A DNA stretch of 57,625 bases, counting the filler, from Jimgerdemannia flammicorona (taxonomy: Eukaryota), in the NCBI GenBank assembly GCA_003990765.1. It is 2 parts of 2 records of this genome, joined end to end, with 100 filler letters (N's around TTAATTAATTAA, not from the genome) between each part and the next. Parts side by side here need not be neighbours in the genome. Positions count along the whole stretch, not along the records: positions 1 to 28,766 come from RBNJ01000542.1; 1 more part is not named here. The stretch is one strand, 5' to 3'. Below are positions 1 through 13,022 of this stretch, piece by piece. A program made the translations under genes and the position numbers. The notes under the pieces were generated by a model. The model saw only the letters and a program-made list of their open reading frames with translations, was not told the origin of the DNA and ran no database searches. Numbering within the stretch: the first letter of the stretch is position 1; the number at the start of each line of letters is the position of its first letter.

Positions 1-3000
1 TTTATAGTTACTTGGACTTTGCCATTTATTACCAGTCTATTAATAAGTATACAGTATTTTCTCCCACTACCCTATCCCCACAGGGGGGCCTCTACCTATA
101 TCCTCTCAAATAAAAACCACCTTCTCACCCACTACTCCAACTCTCCCCCCACTCTGTGTACAGATTTTCTCCACCAAATGATATCTTCGACCACCCTGCA
201 ACTCCCAACCAAGCCACCAGCCTGTCAAGGTGTCTTCCATAAGGCAATGCCAATGCAACAGCCAGACCCCTAAGCCCAGTCTCCTTCCATCTTCAAAAAC
301 AAAAAGCCAGTGACCAGCCAGTCCCACTCAAATGACCAGAGTCTAACCTAATGTAAGCCACTCCTTCCCCACCTCCCTCACCAATCTATCTCTCAAATCC
401 TCCCACTACCCCTGCATGCCACCTCCCCTACACACTATCTCCAAACAATCCCCAATGGTCCTCCAAAAGTCACTAAGTACCTCATACTCTCCTTGGCAAT
501 ATTCTGATATCTGCACATATCTCCCTTCCTGCCCTACATTATGGCACTCCTAACAGTCGAAACAGCCCCCCTTGCTAAGGTGACTAGAGCAGAAGTTGAG
601 CATAATATTTCTCCTCAGCATGCACCACCAAGCCACCCAGTACTTCAGCAGCATCCATCTCCTCACCTCAGCACTCCAGGCCCAAATGCCATATCAATCT
701 CACTCTTCTCTGATTCCTACTCCATGCCAGCTACTAGGCCACAGATCCTGGCCTGGCCCCCTCTGGCATTCTACCCCATCACCAATGTTGAACTTCATTA
801 AGAGAGCACCACCCAGTAATACTTGGTCCCATCTCCACATTGCCAGGTTCCAAGTCACCTCCCCTTCATTTCCTTGCCACCAAATTCCAATACAGTGTAC
901 TCTCTCTGCTACCCCCCACCAGCAGCCTTTATATCGCAATTGTTCAGTGTTCTGAAGTCCAACCAATGATAGGAGATCTCCAGTCGAACCTCTTGGCAAA
1001 GCTCTTATCTCCTAGACCTTCTGCAATAGGGGGACTCAACCTCTCCCTCTCAATTCCATGGCTCTCTTTAACCACTATGCTCTCAAGCAGTGCAACCTCT
1101 TTGGAAATTCAACCAGTCTAAGTCCACCATTTGCCACTGGTAAGGACAAGACCTCCCAGCTGATCTGACTCCTTCTTTCTGCCCAGATCCACCCCTTGGC
1201 CAGCTTCATCAATCTCTTCACCACCCAGGCAGAGAAGTCCAGATGATAAGTCAGATACCATAACTTTGGCAGCCAGTAGACATTCAAAACTGAGACACAC
1301 CCCACCAGAGACAATTGGCAACCCCCCTAACTCTGCAGGGCCTCCCCCCAGATTCCAACCTACTGTTCCCACCAAGGCCTGGATAGAACTGACCCATATA
1401 CTGACAAATAAATGCCCAAGTACTGCACTGCCTCTCCTGCAGGGACAATTGTTCTGATAACCTCCCCACCCACCAGACCATTGCCTAGGACCATAGTTTC
1501 ACACTTATGCCAATTAAGCTTAGTCTCTAAGTTCTTCTCATACCACTCCACTGTCTCTTTGAGCTCCTCAACATCAGCAATCGAATCTAGGCCAACCACC
1601 ATGTTATCTGCAAAAGCCACAACTTTCCACTCAATGCCAAAGATAGAGAGTCCAACTATCTTTCACCTAATTCTGTCTATTAGGGGTTCCAGGGAAAGGG
1701 CATACAAGATGGGGGACAATGGGTCTCCATGGGGCACTCCCCTACCTAGGGGAAATGCTACCCCTCTATGTCCATTATATATGAGTGCAGCCCTACTCCC
1801 TTCTAGTAGGCTGACTATTGCTAGCCTCAACTTATATGGGACCCCGGTCCTGTCCAGAACTCTTGTTAGCCAGACTTACTGCACCCAGTCATAAGCCTTC
1901 TCCTGGTCCAAGAAGACCAGCCATCCATCCAGTCCACTAGCTCTTGCTCCTTCAATAACTCCATATATCCAGGCTGTGCCATCCCTAATGAGCTGGCCTC
2001 CTACAAAGTCCCTCTGCTCAACACCCAAGACTTGCTGGACTACCTTTTATAGTCTTGTAACCACCACCTTAGTGATCAACTTTCTGTCCATATCCAGCAG
2101 CATAATTGGCCACCAGTTTTTCCAGTCCTCTTGCCTTCCTTTGTTCTTGTAAAGCAATATCACCAGCCCCAGATCCTGCTCCCCCACCCATCTTCCAGTC
2201 TGTAGTATAAAATTGCACAATGCTGTAATCTCACCCAATACTCCTGGGACTCTCACTATCTTCTTCCAGAAGTCCCAGGGCAGACAATCCTCTCCAGGTG
2301 CCATACCCAAGACTGTTGCAGCAAGAACCTGGCAGATCTCCTCCTTTTGTACTGGCAACACTAAGTCATCCAGCCCATCTACTTATGGAGGGTGCCAATC
2401 CTCCAATGTCTGGTCAATGGCAGCAGTGTCTGCCCCACCCTCCTCCTCACTCTACAATCCACTCCACCACTCCTTTAATGATCCAAGAATGTCTTGTATA
2501 CTATGCACCAGACACCATCTGCATCAAGCACCCCCTCTCACCTTTGCTGCACCCTTCTTGTCTGAAGGGCCCTCATGAGATACTTTGAGAATCTCTCCCC
2601 TTCCTCCAAACCATGCCAATGAAGCCATTCCACCAATCTTTGTACCCTTGGCTCTTCCTCTTCCCACAACACCTATTGGAATTCACCAACCTCTATTTTC
2701 GCCATCATTAATCTCCAATCCTCTTCTCCCTCCAACATCACCAGCCTTGCCCATTCCTCTAAACGTCTAGATAGTTTACTAGAAGCCCATCTCACCCAAT
2801 GCCTCCTCTGTTTCCCTGCCTCCTTGTCGGCCTCACCCCAGTAGGTCCTGGCCATCTTTTTCATCCTTATCTACCAATCACCAACTGGAACACCTTCCTA
2901 TCTCCAGTGCTCCATCCTTAGTAGAATATCCACAGCCCACTTATCCCACCATACCTTATCATCTAATAAGGAGGAATTGAGGTGCCAATGTCCAGGCCCA

Positions 3001-5846
3001 TCCCCACTCCTCTCAAAATGCCCCTGTCCTAAAAGCCCTCAATGATCCAACCATAGACACCATTCCACCTCCAGCGACTTCCAAACATCCAAGCCCCAGC
3101 AGCTGGCTATCAGAATCCAGTCAATTCTTGTCTCCAGGCCCCCTGCCCAATGCATGTATACCTTCCTATCCCCCCAGCATTCCCTACTCACATCTATCAG
3201 AGCACTCAGCCTTTCCACTTCCTTCCATGCTACTAGCCTGCCACTCTGACCCTCAGCTCCCCATCCTCCATCTATTCTATCCAACAGTACATTCAGAACC
3301 ATATTTAAGTCTCTGCCAAGCATATCCACCCCAGCCTCTACAAAGATCCCACTCTCCTGAAGATCTGTCACCCAGTCCACACACTCACCCCATACAGCAG
3401 AGCAGTAACAGGAGTCCACTATGACTGGCTCCCAATCAGGATATATCTACTCTCTCCAGACCAGTCTATCCCCCCAGCTCCTCATATCCCTTATCTCCCC
3501 ACTGCCTTTCTATACCAGAATTCCAACCTTGTCATTCCAAACTACCTCATCTCTCCATTCTTTCATCCATTCCAGCCTATCTAAATCATCCTCACACCTG
3601 ATATCCTGCAATAGGAAGAGATCAGCCTCCAATCCCTTCAGCCAAGTAAAAATATTCCTTCATCAAAAAGCACCCCATAACCCATTCACATTCAAGGAAA
3701 AAAATATTTGTTGTACTATTCATAATAAAATATGGTGTGTTATCCAATCCTGCCCTACTGCTCTATGTTCATCTCCTCCTACACCATGTCCAGATTATGT
3801 TCTGCAGTCACCTCCTCCTCTTCGGCCCTCTGAGCCTCCAATCTAGCCAGCAGCTCATTTATCTCCCCATCTGCCTTCCCTCGAATTCCTTCCAGTACTC
3901 CAGGCAGGCTTCCTGCCAGAGCTACAACCTATGATACTTGTTCCAGCAATATTCAGCCCTCTCCCCAGCGACTCCCACCAGCTCTGCCTCATGCTCCTTA
4001 TCTATCTCATATTCTTCCTCCTCCAGATATACTGCAAGAATTTCTACCTTCAAGGCCATCACCACTCCATCCCCCTGCAGGATCATTGCCCAATACTCAT
4101 CACTCATTACTCTCAAATCCACCTCTCCCAACTCTTCAGCCACTAGGTTATTCATCATTCTATATATCCAAAGAAGGTTTCCAACCTCCTTCCCTCCAGG
4201 AGTCACTTGCCTCCCTCCATTCAGCATTGTGGTGTCTGCCCCAGTACTCACAGACTCATCCCACTCCTCTGGGACATCCACTAGTTCCTCCTCTCCAGCC
4301 ACAACCACTCAACCCCCATTTGCTACCTCTGGAACTCCAAATTACACTTGCTGGGCCCCCTGCATTGGCACATCCTCCACCACCTTGCTCCAGGAAGCTG
4401 GACTGTGTCTGATAAGAGGAGTAGGGGTAGGAGAGCCCTCCCCTGTCTCCTCCCAAATCTCAAATGTACCATCCATATATGGGTCATTGCTATGCATCAC
4501 TCTGTCCATACCTATCTCCTTCCCAGCACTCCCACCACCCTTGCCTGCCCAGACACTCACTTTGGCACCCCTGGGGCCCTCTATTCCACTCACATCCTTC
4601 AAAGATCAACCTTTCATCTGAGCCAGCAGTTCCTTCTGTCTCTTACATCTCTGATCCCTTTTCCACTGCTTCTTATCCACTCAAATCTGCTCCATCTCTA
4701 CTACTTCTAAGTGCATCAACTCCTCAAAAGCCTTCTAAGCCTTTGCCCACTGCTCCACAGCACTACTCAGCTCTTCCAGTACCTTCAGTAAGTCCTCTTC
4801 CTCCTCCTCACTCCCCTTTACTCTTGTAACCTTACACAAGATTGCCCCACACATTATCCCGAAAGGCCAGTCTCTTGCCTTCCCAGTAGCTTCTTTTCCA
4901 GCCAACTGAATCCTCACATTCAAGTCTCCTGTTCTGAGCAAGGTCCCTTCCCAGACACTGAATCCAATATCCACTACCTCCCCATACTCCACTATGACCT
5001 CCTCAACTCTCCTTCTCATCTCTACCACCATCACCATGAGCACCCCTTTCACCAACAGTTGGACCACCCTGGGATCCCATTTCAGGCAAAATGTCATTGG
5101 AACACACATCTTTCTAACTATCAATCCAACCTTCAGCACTTCCTCCAATGGCTTGGCTGCCTCAAACCCCACCTCCACTTCCTCCAATTCCTTCAGAAAC
5201 TTTACTGAAGCTACTCCAGCCACCTGCTTAGCAATAAGCCCCAGCACCATTTTTGCCATCACCACTAGGCCCCAGAAACACAACATCACTGCAAATGCTG
5301 AGATCAATTTTTTGAGTAATGGGGCCACCATCAGGCCCATCACACTATCTGCCAAATCTCCTTGCCTTCTAAGCCCCAGATGCTCAGCTGTACCATCAGC
5401 AGTCACATCTGGATTTTTTTTCCAGATTGGCAGTCTCATCACTATCAGCCATCACTCCCCCCAGCCACTACACCACCAGCACTACTGCCACTCCTGCTAA
5501 GGGCTACTCCCCCATTTACTGCTGCCCTCTCCATCTCTTTGCCTTTTCTCAGCCAACCCTCTAGCCCCAATGCCTGCTGTCTCTCCTTCACCATATCTGC
5601 AAAGCTCACCCTCCCAGACCCCTGTCCTCCACCACTGCTTCCTCCCCTTCCATGTCCTCCTGCCAGCAGCCCTATGCCCCCCCCCCAGGCCAGGGCCTCT
5701 CCCCACCTGCTGCCAGTCGAATGCACTCAGGCTACCCTGTCCAGTACATACCTCAGATTGCCTGTTGGTCACCATATTGCTAGTCTCTTTCTCTAAAAAT
5801 GATATTATATGTGCTTGTGTAACCCGAGTGGTACTGGAGAAAGATG
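1..5846 (-). mobile_element. Full-length degenerate L1/Tx1-clade LINE (copy 1): ORF1 + APE endonuclease/RT ORF2
   Basis: The reverse complement begins catctttctccagtaccactcgggttacac at 5846, the same 5' end as the copy at 12941. It ends gtccaagtaactataaa at position 1, the same 3' end as the copies ending at 21307 and 26352. Minus-strand ORF fragments show RT motifs (PGEDCLPW, NWWPIMLLDMDRKL, AFADN) and EN motifs (RIDWIL). Many stop codons. Confidence 0.95.
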
Positions 5847-6198
5847 TGAGGGTTTTTTCTTTGCCTGTCATTCTCTTTGGGGTGGCAGAGGCTATTCTAT
5901 TCAGCTCAGATATGGCTTTGTACATATGATGGAGTCTTGGGTATGTACTTTTGGTCATTGGCATATGGCTGAGTTTCCTCTGATGATAGGAAGAGCATGG
6001 TGTGCAGAATGAGATGCAGGCCACTATAGACCCTGCTGTGCCTGGTATGGTTGAGCTGCTGGATAATAGCTAGCCTAGATTAATGGGGGAGCAGTGCTTG
6101 ATGAGTGGTAGGGGAGGGTTTTGGTCTATATAGTCTAGTTTCCCTTCAAATAAAAATCTATAAGACTCTGAGTCAATAAAACAAAAAAAAAAAAAAAA
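5847..6198 (+). mobile_element. 3' part of the ~1.18-kb non-autonomous poly(A) retroposon (copy D), apparently interrupted by LINE copy 1
   Basis: Colinear with ~28428-28766 (gagggttttttctttgcctgtc...aataaaaatc...gagtc + poly(A) at 6183-6198). Confidence 0.85.
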
Positions 6199-7700
6199 TC
6201 AATTGAATCATTTGGATTATTTGGAGGCTGTCAAAAATACAGTGCAATATTTTCAGATAGTATTTGTGGTATTGCTGGATGATTTGGAGTTGATAATAAA
6301 GCTTTATGTCAAGCTCTGAAAACTGAATTATCTGGTCATCCAGATCCTAAAACTATTCTAACTACTGAAGAAGAAGAAGAACTTATTGGATATTGTCTTA
6401 ATATGCAACAACTTGGATTTGGCTTGACAAAATCTTTCAGTCTTGAAGTTGGTTAAAACTAGACAATATTTGTTTTTTACAACAAAAGGACCAGATCAAG
6501 ATTGGTGGAATAGATTTTTAGCTGATCATTCAACTATATCTTTCAGGAAACCTCAACTACTTGACATCAGCAAGAGCTCAAAAAGGCAATCCTTTTATTA
6601 TTAATAATCATTTTGGTGAACTTCAAAAAATTATCAATGAACATTCTTTTACTGCTGAGCAGATATGGAATATAGATGAAACTGCTTTTAGTCTTTCTGA
6701 AAGACTTCAACATATCTTAGCTCTAAAAGATTCTCAACAGATATCTAAATATCAGTAGTAAATACAATAGATCATATATCTGTTTGTATGACAATTTCTG
6801 CTGCTAGTTCTACAGTATCACTATTGATCATCTATTAAGGAAAAAGAGCTATTGAGAATCTATTGGATAGAGCACCATCTGGTATAGTTATGGGATTTAC
6901 TAAAAAGGATATATGGAAGAAGATCTCTTTAATTAGTATATTCAACATTTTATTCACTCAATTCAAAAAAGTTATATTAATCTTTTAAGTATTAAAGCTT
7001 GCAGGACTAAAAATATTTTATTTTTAGCATTATCTTCAAATACAATATATATATTACAGCTCTGTGAGCTTTCTTTCAAGACTTTAAAAGCTGAATATAA
7101 TTATACTTATGATCAATATTGTAATATAAACAATAGAGCTATAGTTACAAAATATACATTTGCAAGACAATTTAGTGAAGCTTATCTGAAGACTTATACA
7201 GCTGGAAGAATTGTCAATACATTCAAATATGTATACTAGTACTTGGCCAGTAGATTGTGATACTACATATTTTTACTAATAGATTAGCAGTATCTTTATC
7301 AACTCAGTATTTTATATCTCCTTAACCTCCATCTCAACCTGAATTTCAATCTGAACCTCATGTTGAAACCCAATCTCAGCCTCTTCAACTTCAACCTCTA
7401 TCTGAATTACAATCTCAGCTTCAATCTTTTCAACTTCAACAATTATTTTTCCAAATTTTAATACCAGAAGAGGAGATAAAAATATTGAAGTAGAATATAA
7501 ACTCTCTGAAAAATGAATTGATATTGCTTAGAGAGGAAAATCAGCAAAACATAAACTCTATAAAGAATAAATTTATATTGCTTAGAGAAGAAAATCAAAT
7601 ATTAAAACATCCTGGAACAATATTATTGCCAACTATATTCAAATATCCTATATAATCACCTAAATTATCTCAATTAAACAAAGAAGAATCAATAAGAAGA
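6199..7700 (+). pseudogene. Degenerate pogo/Fot1-like (Tc5 HTH + DDE_1) DNA transposase
   Basis: Translated fragments ILTTEEEEELIGYCLNMQQLGFGLT (CENP-B/Tc5-type HTH) and HFGELQKIINEHSFTAEQIWNIDETAF (first catalytic D, NxDET motif). Many stops and frameshifts. Confidence 0.8.
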
Positions 7701-8008
7701 AAATAATTTCTATGTATATATATACCAAAATTGTTCCCCTTTACTGAATTCCCCAAATTCTCCTTCAAGTTGCCTTAAATTGATTACCAAAAGTTGCCTT
7801 AAATCATGTTTCCAAGATGGATCAATCCATCTCTACCTTCTCTCACTTCTACTTGATCTATCTCCACCTTCCCCCACTCTACATCAAGGAAGTAAGGGGA
7901 GGTAGATCAGGTGGTAGTGAATCAGGTAGAAGTGGGTTGGGTGGAAGTGGGTTAGGTGGAAGTGAGGGAAGATAGATTGGGTAGAATGGCTCCCCTTTGC
8001 TAAATTCT

Positions 8009-8240
8009 CCAAATTCTCCTTTAAGTAGCCTTAAATTGATTACCAAAAGTAGCCTTAAATTATATTCACCTTTGTCAAATTCTCCATTAAGTGACCTTAA
8101 ATTGATTACCAAAAGTGACCTTAAATCATATTTATCTTTACCAAATTCCCCTTCAAGTGGCTTTAAATTAATTATCAAAAGTGGCCTTAAATCATATTCA
8201 CCTTTACCAAATTCCCCTTCAAGTAGCCTTAAATTGATTA
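8009..8240. repeat. 66-bp tandem repeat, about 3.5 copies
   Basis: Unit approximately caaattccccttcaagtggccttaaattgattaccaaaagtggccttaaatcatattcacctttac, recurring at about 8009, 8075, 8141 and 8207. Related units occur at 7726-7808 and, inverted, within 26880-27588. Confidence 0.9.
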
Positions 8241-8339
8241 CTCACTTGTACTTGATCTATATACCTCCACCTTCTTCCACTTCCATTCAATTTCTCTCAC
8301 TTCTACTTGATCTCTATTTATTGAATATATTTGATAAGA

Positions 8340-10495
8340 TAGTATTATTTATACAATATATCTGATAGCTAATTCTGTCTTGACTAAATAATGTAAGAGA
8401 TACATCAATGTGAATGATATTTTTTAATATCATTTTCTGCATCTGCTAATATAAGTCCTTTTTGATATGTATTCATATATTTTTGTGAATGATATGCATA
8501 TTTTCTAATTGTAATAAGATCAACAGAGGCTAAAGCTTTTAGAATATTTTACTTCAATCCAGTCCATGTATAATTGCAATGAGTTCTAAATATTATATAT
8601 AATAAATATAATAATTAATATTATTACTAAATTATAATTATAATTTAATAATATATATATGTTATATACCTACAATACCTTTTTGCACTACTCCAAAAAT
8701 ATTTAATATAATTAAGTTCACAATGGAACTTAGGATAAAAAATACATTTATGTTCTAAGTTTTCAATATCTTCTTGAAGAAGTGGCATCTGTACTTTAAA
8801 ATCTTCTTAATGAGATAGAATTTGTATAGTATAACAATCTTCTTTCTTGTATTTTTTCTTGCATTTTCTTTTTAAATTATTTCTCCAAAGATTTCTTTCT
8901 TCAAGTACTTGTTGTAATCTCTTGGCTTTACCACACAGTTTAACAATTTTATATTTCTTTGGAAATATCATTTCTTGAGTAATATTGTTAAACTTTGTAG
9001 TTCTTATAAGTAGTTGTTTTTCATCAGATCTAAGATTTATCTTGTGAGCAAATAAAGCATCTAATATATATATTGAATATCCTTAACTATGATCAAATGC
9101 AAATACTGCCACACAGTGGGGATAAATAGTATTAAAAATTGAAATAGCATTTTTTTCAATCTAATTATATAATATTAATTTATATTGTAAGTTTTTTATT
9201 AATATATTATTAAATTAAATTGTTATTATAAATATATATACATACCTGATCTATTAGATGATTTCAAGTCCAATAACTTTTCTTAGCTTTTCTAATTTCA
9301 AGTAGACAATAGCTTCTCTTGGAGGCTTTGGATCTTTCATATCTTTATATTGTTCTTCAGATATAGCCAACCTTCCAACAATATCCAGAAGAAAGTCACT
9401 AATTATTATACTAGCACCTCTACTTTTTTTTCTAAGTGGAAATTGTTCTTTAGTTTCCCATCTATAGTTTAGATTATTATTAGAATTGAAAGTAACCTCA
9501 TCATGTATTACTGGATTATGTTGTTGTCCAAGAGAAATAGTATGTTGTAATAGTTGAAAATCTTCATCATATTGAATCATAAATAGTTTCCAGTCAGCAA
9601 TCTGCTTTAAAAATTATTCATAAGATACTTTAACATTATCTCCTTCATGACTATCAACATAAAGTCCTCTTCTGCACCTACTATAAGTATAGCCCATCTT
9701 TAGCATCTATTTTCTTGCTATATTTTATGAATTTATATAGATTCTACTAATGTTGAAAGAATATATTTTTCTAAATATTTTTTGAGAGACTTTAGAGTAG
9801 CAGTAAACTTATTATTTTCTAAATAAGTTTTAACTACAAGTTTAATATTTTTATCTTTAAGAATACTTTTCTTCTTAGTATATCTTCCTTACTGAGAAAT
9901 AGGAAAAGTTCTATTATCAATCTAATTTTGTATCCATCTTCTTAAATGCTTTGCATAGTATAAGTCTTTATTGATATTTTCTGTAATCAGATGACTAGCT
10001 TGAGAAGCACTTCTATTATTATTTCTAAATATCATACATTTTAATATATGTATATATTTTGAAATAGTATTTAGAGATAGATTCTCTAAATTCTTCATAT
10101 GAGTAACAAGTGCAATAATATGAGATTTCTAACTATTATCAGCTTTTTTATTTATATCTTCATTATCTTCTTAATCTTCATCTTCATTATCATCTGTATC
10201 TCTATCTTCATTTTCATCTGTATTTTCATCTTCAACTATATCTTCATGTTCATCTTCATCCTCATTATCTTTATCTTCATCATCATCATTCTCATCTTCT
10301 TCTTCTCTTTCATTATCTTCTTCCTTACTATCTTCATCCTCTCCTCTTCTCCTTCTCTCTTATTATTATTATCTGTATTATAATTATAATTATACAATAT
10401 TTATATAATAATATTTACGTATAATCTCTTCTTCAAGTTTACTTTTTTGTAAATTTTATAGGTGCTGAGTTTGTTTAGGTAGTCTTAGCATTTTA
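8340..10495 (-). pseudogene. Degenerate intron-containing IS630/Tc1/mariner-like DDE transposase
   Basis: The minus strand encodes GLYVDSHE (~9640-9670), VIHDEVTF...W...LRKKSRGASIIISDFL (9254-9580) and HKCIFYPKFHCELNYI (~8700-8752). There is an acidic D/E-rich N-terminal tract (10130-10380). Probable AT-rich introns lie near 8590-8668 and 9160-9245. Confidence 0.75.
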
Positions 10496-13022
10496 TTATA
10501 ACTAAAAAAATATAAATTTAATAATTTAATAAGATTATCTAAAAAGATGATATGAGATAGACAATGAAAAACAGGCAATGGGAGACAAGACAAGTGATGG
10601 GAGATGAGACAGGAAATAGGTGACAATACAATAGATGATGGGAGACAGATGGACAATGAGATAGACATACCATTCATGTTACACACACTTTACAACACAC
10701 TTTCAAATCATTTATTGGAGAAAGGTTCTAAGGTAATAGTAAACAGCAAGCAATCTGGGGTGCATACTGAGCAGGGTGGCCCTAGCACATTTAACTGGCA
10801 GCAGGTGGGGAGAGGTCCTGGCCTAGAGAGAGGTATGAGGGGGTTGTTGGCTGGAGGACGAGGAGAGGGAGGAGGCAGCAGGTCTGGGAGGGTGAGCTTT
10901 GCAGAGATAGTGAAGGGGAGGCAGCAGATGACTGGGCTGGAGGGTTGGCTGAGAAAAGGCATGGAGATGGAGAAGACAGCCATTCATGGGGATATAGCCC
11001 TTAGTGGTGAGGGCAGTGGAGCTGGGGGAGTAGTGGCTGAGGGGAGCATAATAGCTGATGGTGATGGAACTACTAATCTGGAAAAAAATCCAGATGAGAC
11101 CACTGATGGTGTAGCTGAGTAACTGAGGCTTAGAAAGCAAGGAGATTTGGCAGATGGTGTAATGGGCCTGGTGGTGGCTCCATTACTCAAGAAATTGATC
11201 TTGGCATTTGTGGTGACACTGTGCTTCTGAGGTCTAGCAGTAATGGCAAAAATGGTGCTGGGGCTTATTGCCAAGCAGGTGGCTGGAGTGGTATCTGTAA
11301 AGTTCCTGAAGGGATTGGAGGAAGTGGAGGTGGGTTTTGAGGAGGCTGGGCCTCTAGAGGAAGCACTGAAGGTTGGATTGGTAGTTGGGAAGGTGTGTGT
11401 CCTGATGGCATGCTGCCTGAAATGGGACCCCAGGGTGGTCCAACTGCTGGTAAAAGGAGTGTCCATGGTGATGGTGGTGGAGATGAGAAGGAGAGTTGAG
11501 GAGATCATAGAGGAGTATAGAGAGGTGGTGGATATCAGGTTCAGAGTCTGGGAGGGGACCTCACTCAGGATGGGAGATGTGGATGTGAGGATTCGGCTGG
11601 CAGAGAAAGAAGCTATTGGGAAGGCAAGGGACTGGCCTTTGGGGATGGTCTGGGGGGGCAATATTGTGCAAGGTGATGAGGGTGAAGGGGAGTGAAGAGG
11701 AGGAAGAGAACTTGCTAGAGATACTAGAAGAACTGAGTGGAGTGGTGGAGCAGGAGGTGAAGGCTTGGAAGGTCTTTGAGGAGTCAACACACTTGGAGGT
11801 GGTAGATAGGAAGCAGATTAGAGTGGACAAGGGGCAGTGGGAAAAAGCTCAGAGATGTAAACATCAGAAGGAGCTACTGGCCAAGACCACAGAAGGAGGC
11901 AGGTGGAATGGTGGAAATGGGGGGTACCAAAGCAAGTGTCTGGGCTGGCGAAGATAGTAGGAGTATGGAGAAAGAATCAGGAGAGAACAGGAAGGCAGCC
12001 AGTAGTGACCCATATGCTGATGGTACATTTGAGGTCTGGGAAGAAGAATGGGAGGGATTGCCTACCCCTACTCTGCTTATCAGGAGAGGGCTGGCTTTCC
12101 AGAGCAGGGTGGGAGAGAATGTACCTATGAAGGGGGCTCAGTGAGTGCAATTTGGAGTCTCAGAGATAGTGAATGTGGGACAGGTGGAGGTGGTTGGAGA
12201 GGAGGAACTGGTGGATGTCCCAGAGGTGTGGGATAAGGCTGTAAGTGCCAGAGTAGATACCACAATATTGGATGGTGGGAGACCAGCAACCCCAGGAGGG
12301 AAGGAGGTAGGCAACCTACTTTGGATGTGCAGAATGATGAATAACCTGATGGCTGAAGAGCTGGGGGAGGTGGACTTGAGGGTAATGAGCAATGAGCATT
12401 GGGCGCAGGTCCTGCAAGGAGATGGTGTGGAGTTGGCATTGAAGGCAGAGATCCTGGTGGTGTATCTAGAGGAGGAAGGATATGAAGTGGATAAGGAGCA
12501 GGAGGCTGAGCTAGCAGGGGTTGCTGGTGAGAGGGCCAAATACTATTGGGCCAAGCAATATGGATTGCAGCTCTGGCAGGAGGCCTGCCTGGAGTACTGA
12601 GAGGAGTTTGAGGAAAAGGCAGATGGAGAGATGAATGAGCTGTTGGCAGGACTGGAGGCTCAGTGGGCTGAGGAGGAGGCAGTGACTGCAGCATATAATC
12701 TGGACATGGTACAGGAAGAGATGAACATGGTACAGTAGGAATGGACTGGATTAATAAATCATACTGCATTATGAATAGTACAACCAACATGTTTTCTTTG
12801 AACATGAATGGGTTATGGGGTACTTATCAATGCAGGAACATTTTTACTTGGCTGAAGGGATTGGAGGCTGATCTCTTCCTCTTGCAGGATGTTAGGTATG
12901 AAGATGATTTCAATAGACTGGAATGGACAAAGAAATGGGGCATCTTTCTCCGGTAACATTCAGGTTACACAACCCTTTGGCAACACTTTCGACACAGTTT
13001 CTGGAGAAAAGCTACTAGTATC

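Noticed and set aside
8009..8240. 66-bp repeats as a possible CRISPR array
   Set aside because: The units are contiguous with no unique spacers, no cas genes are present, and the context is eukaryotic.
10099..10383. Very hydrophobic 94-aa ORF (possible membrane protein)
   Set aside because: It is the antisense reading of the (GAT/GAA)n acidic tract of the minus-strand transposase.
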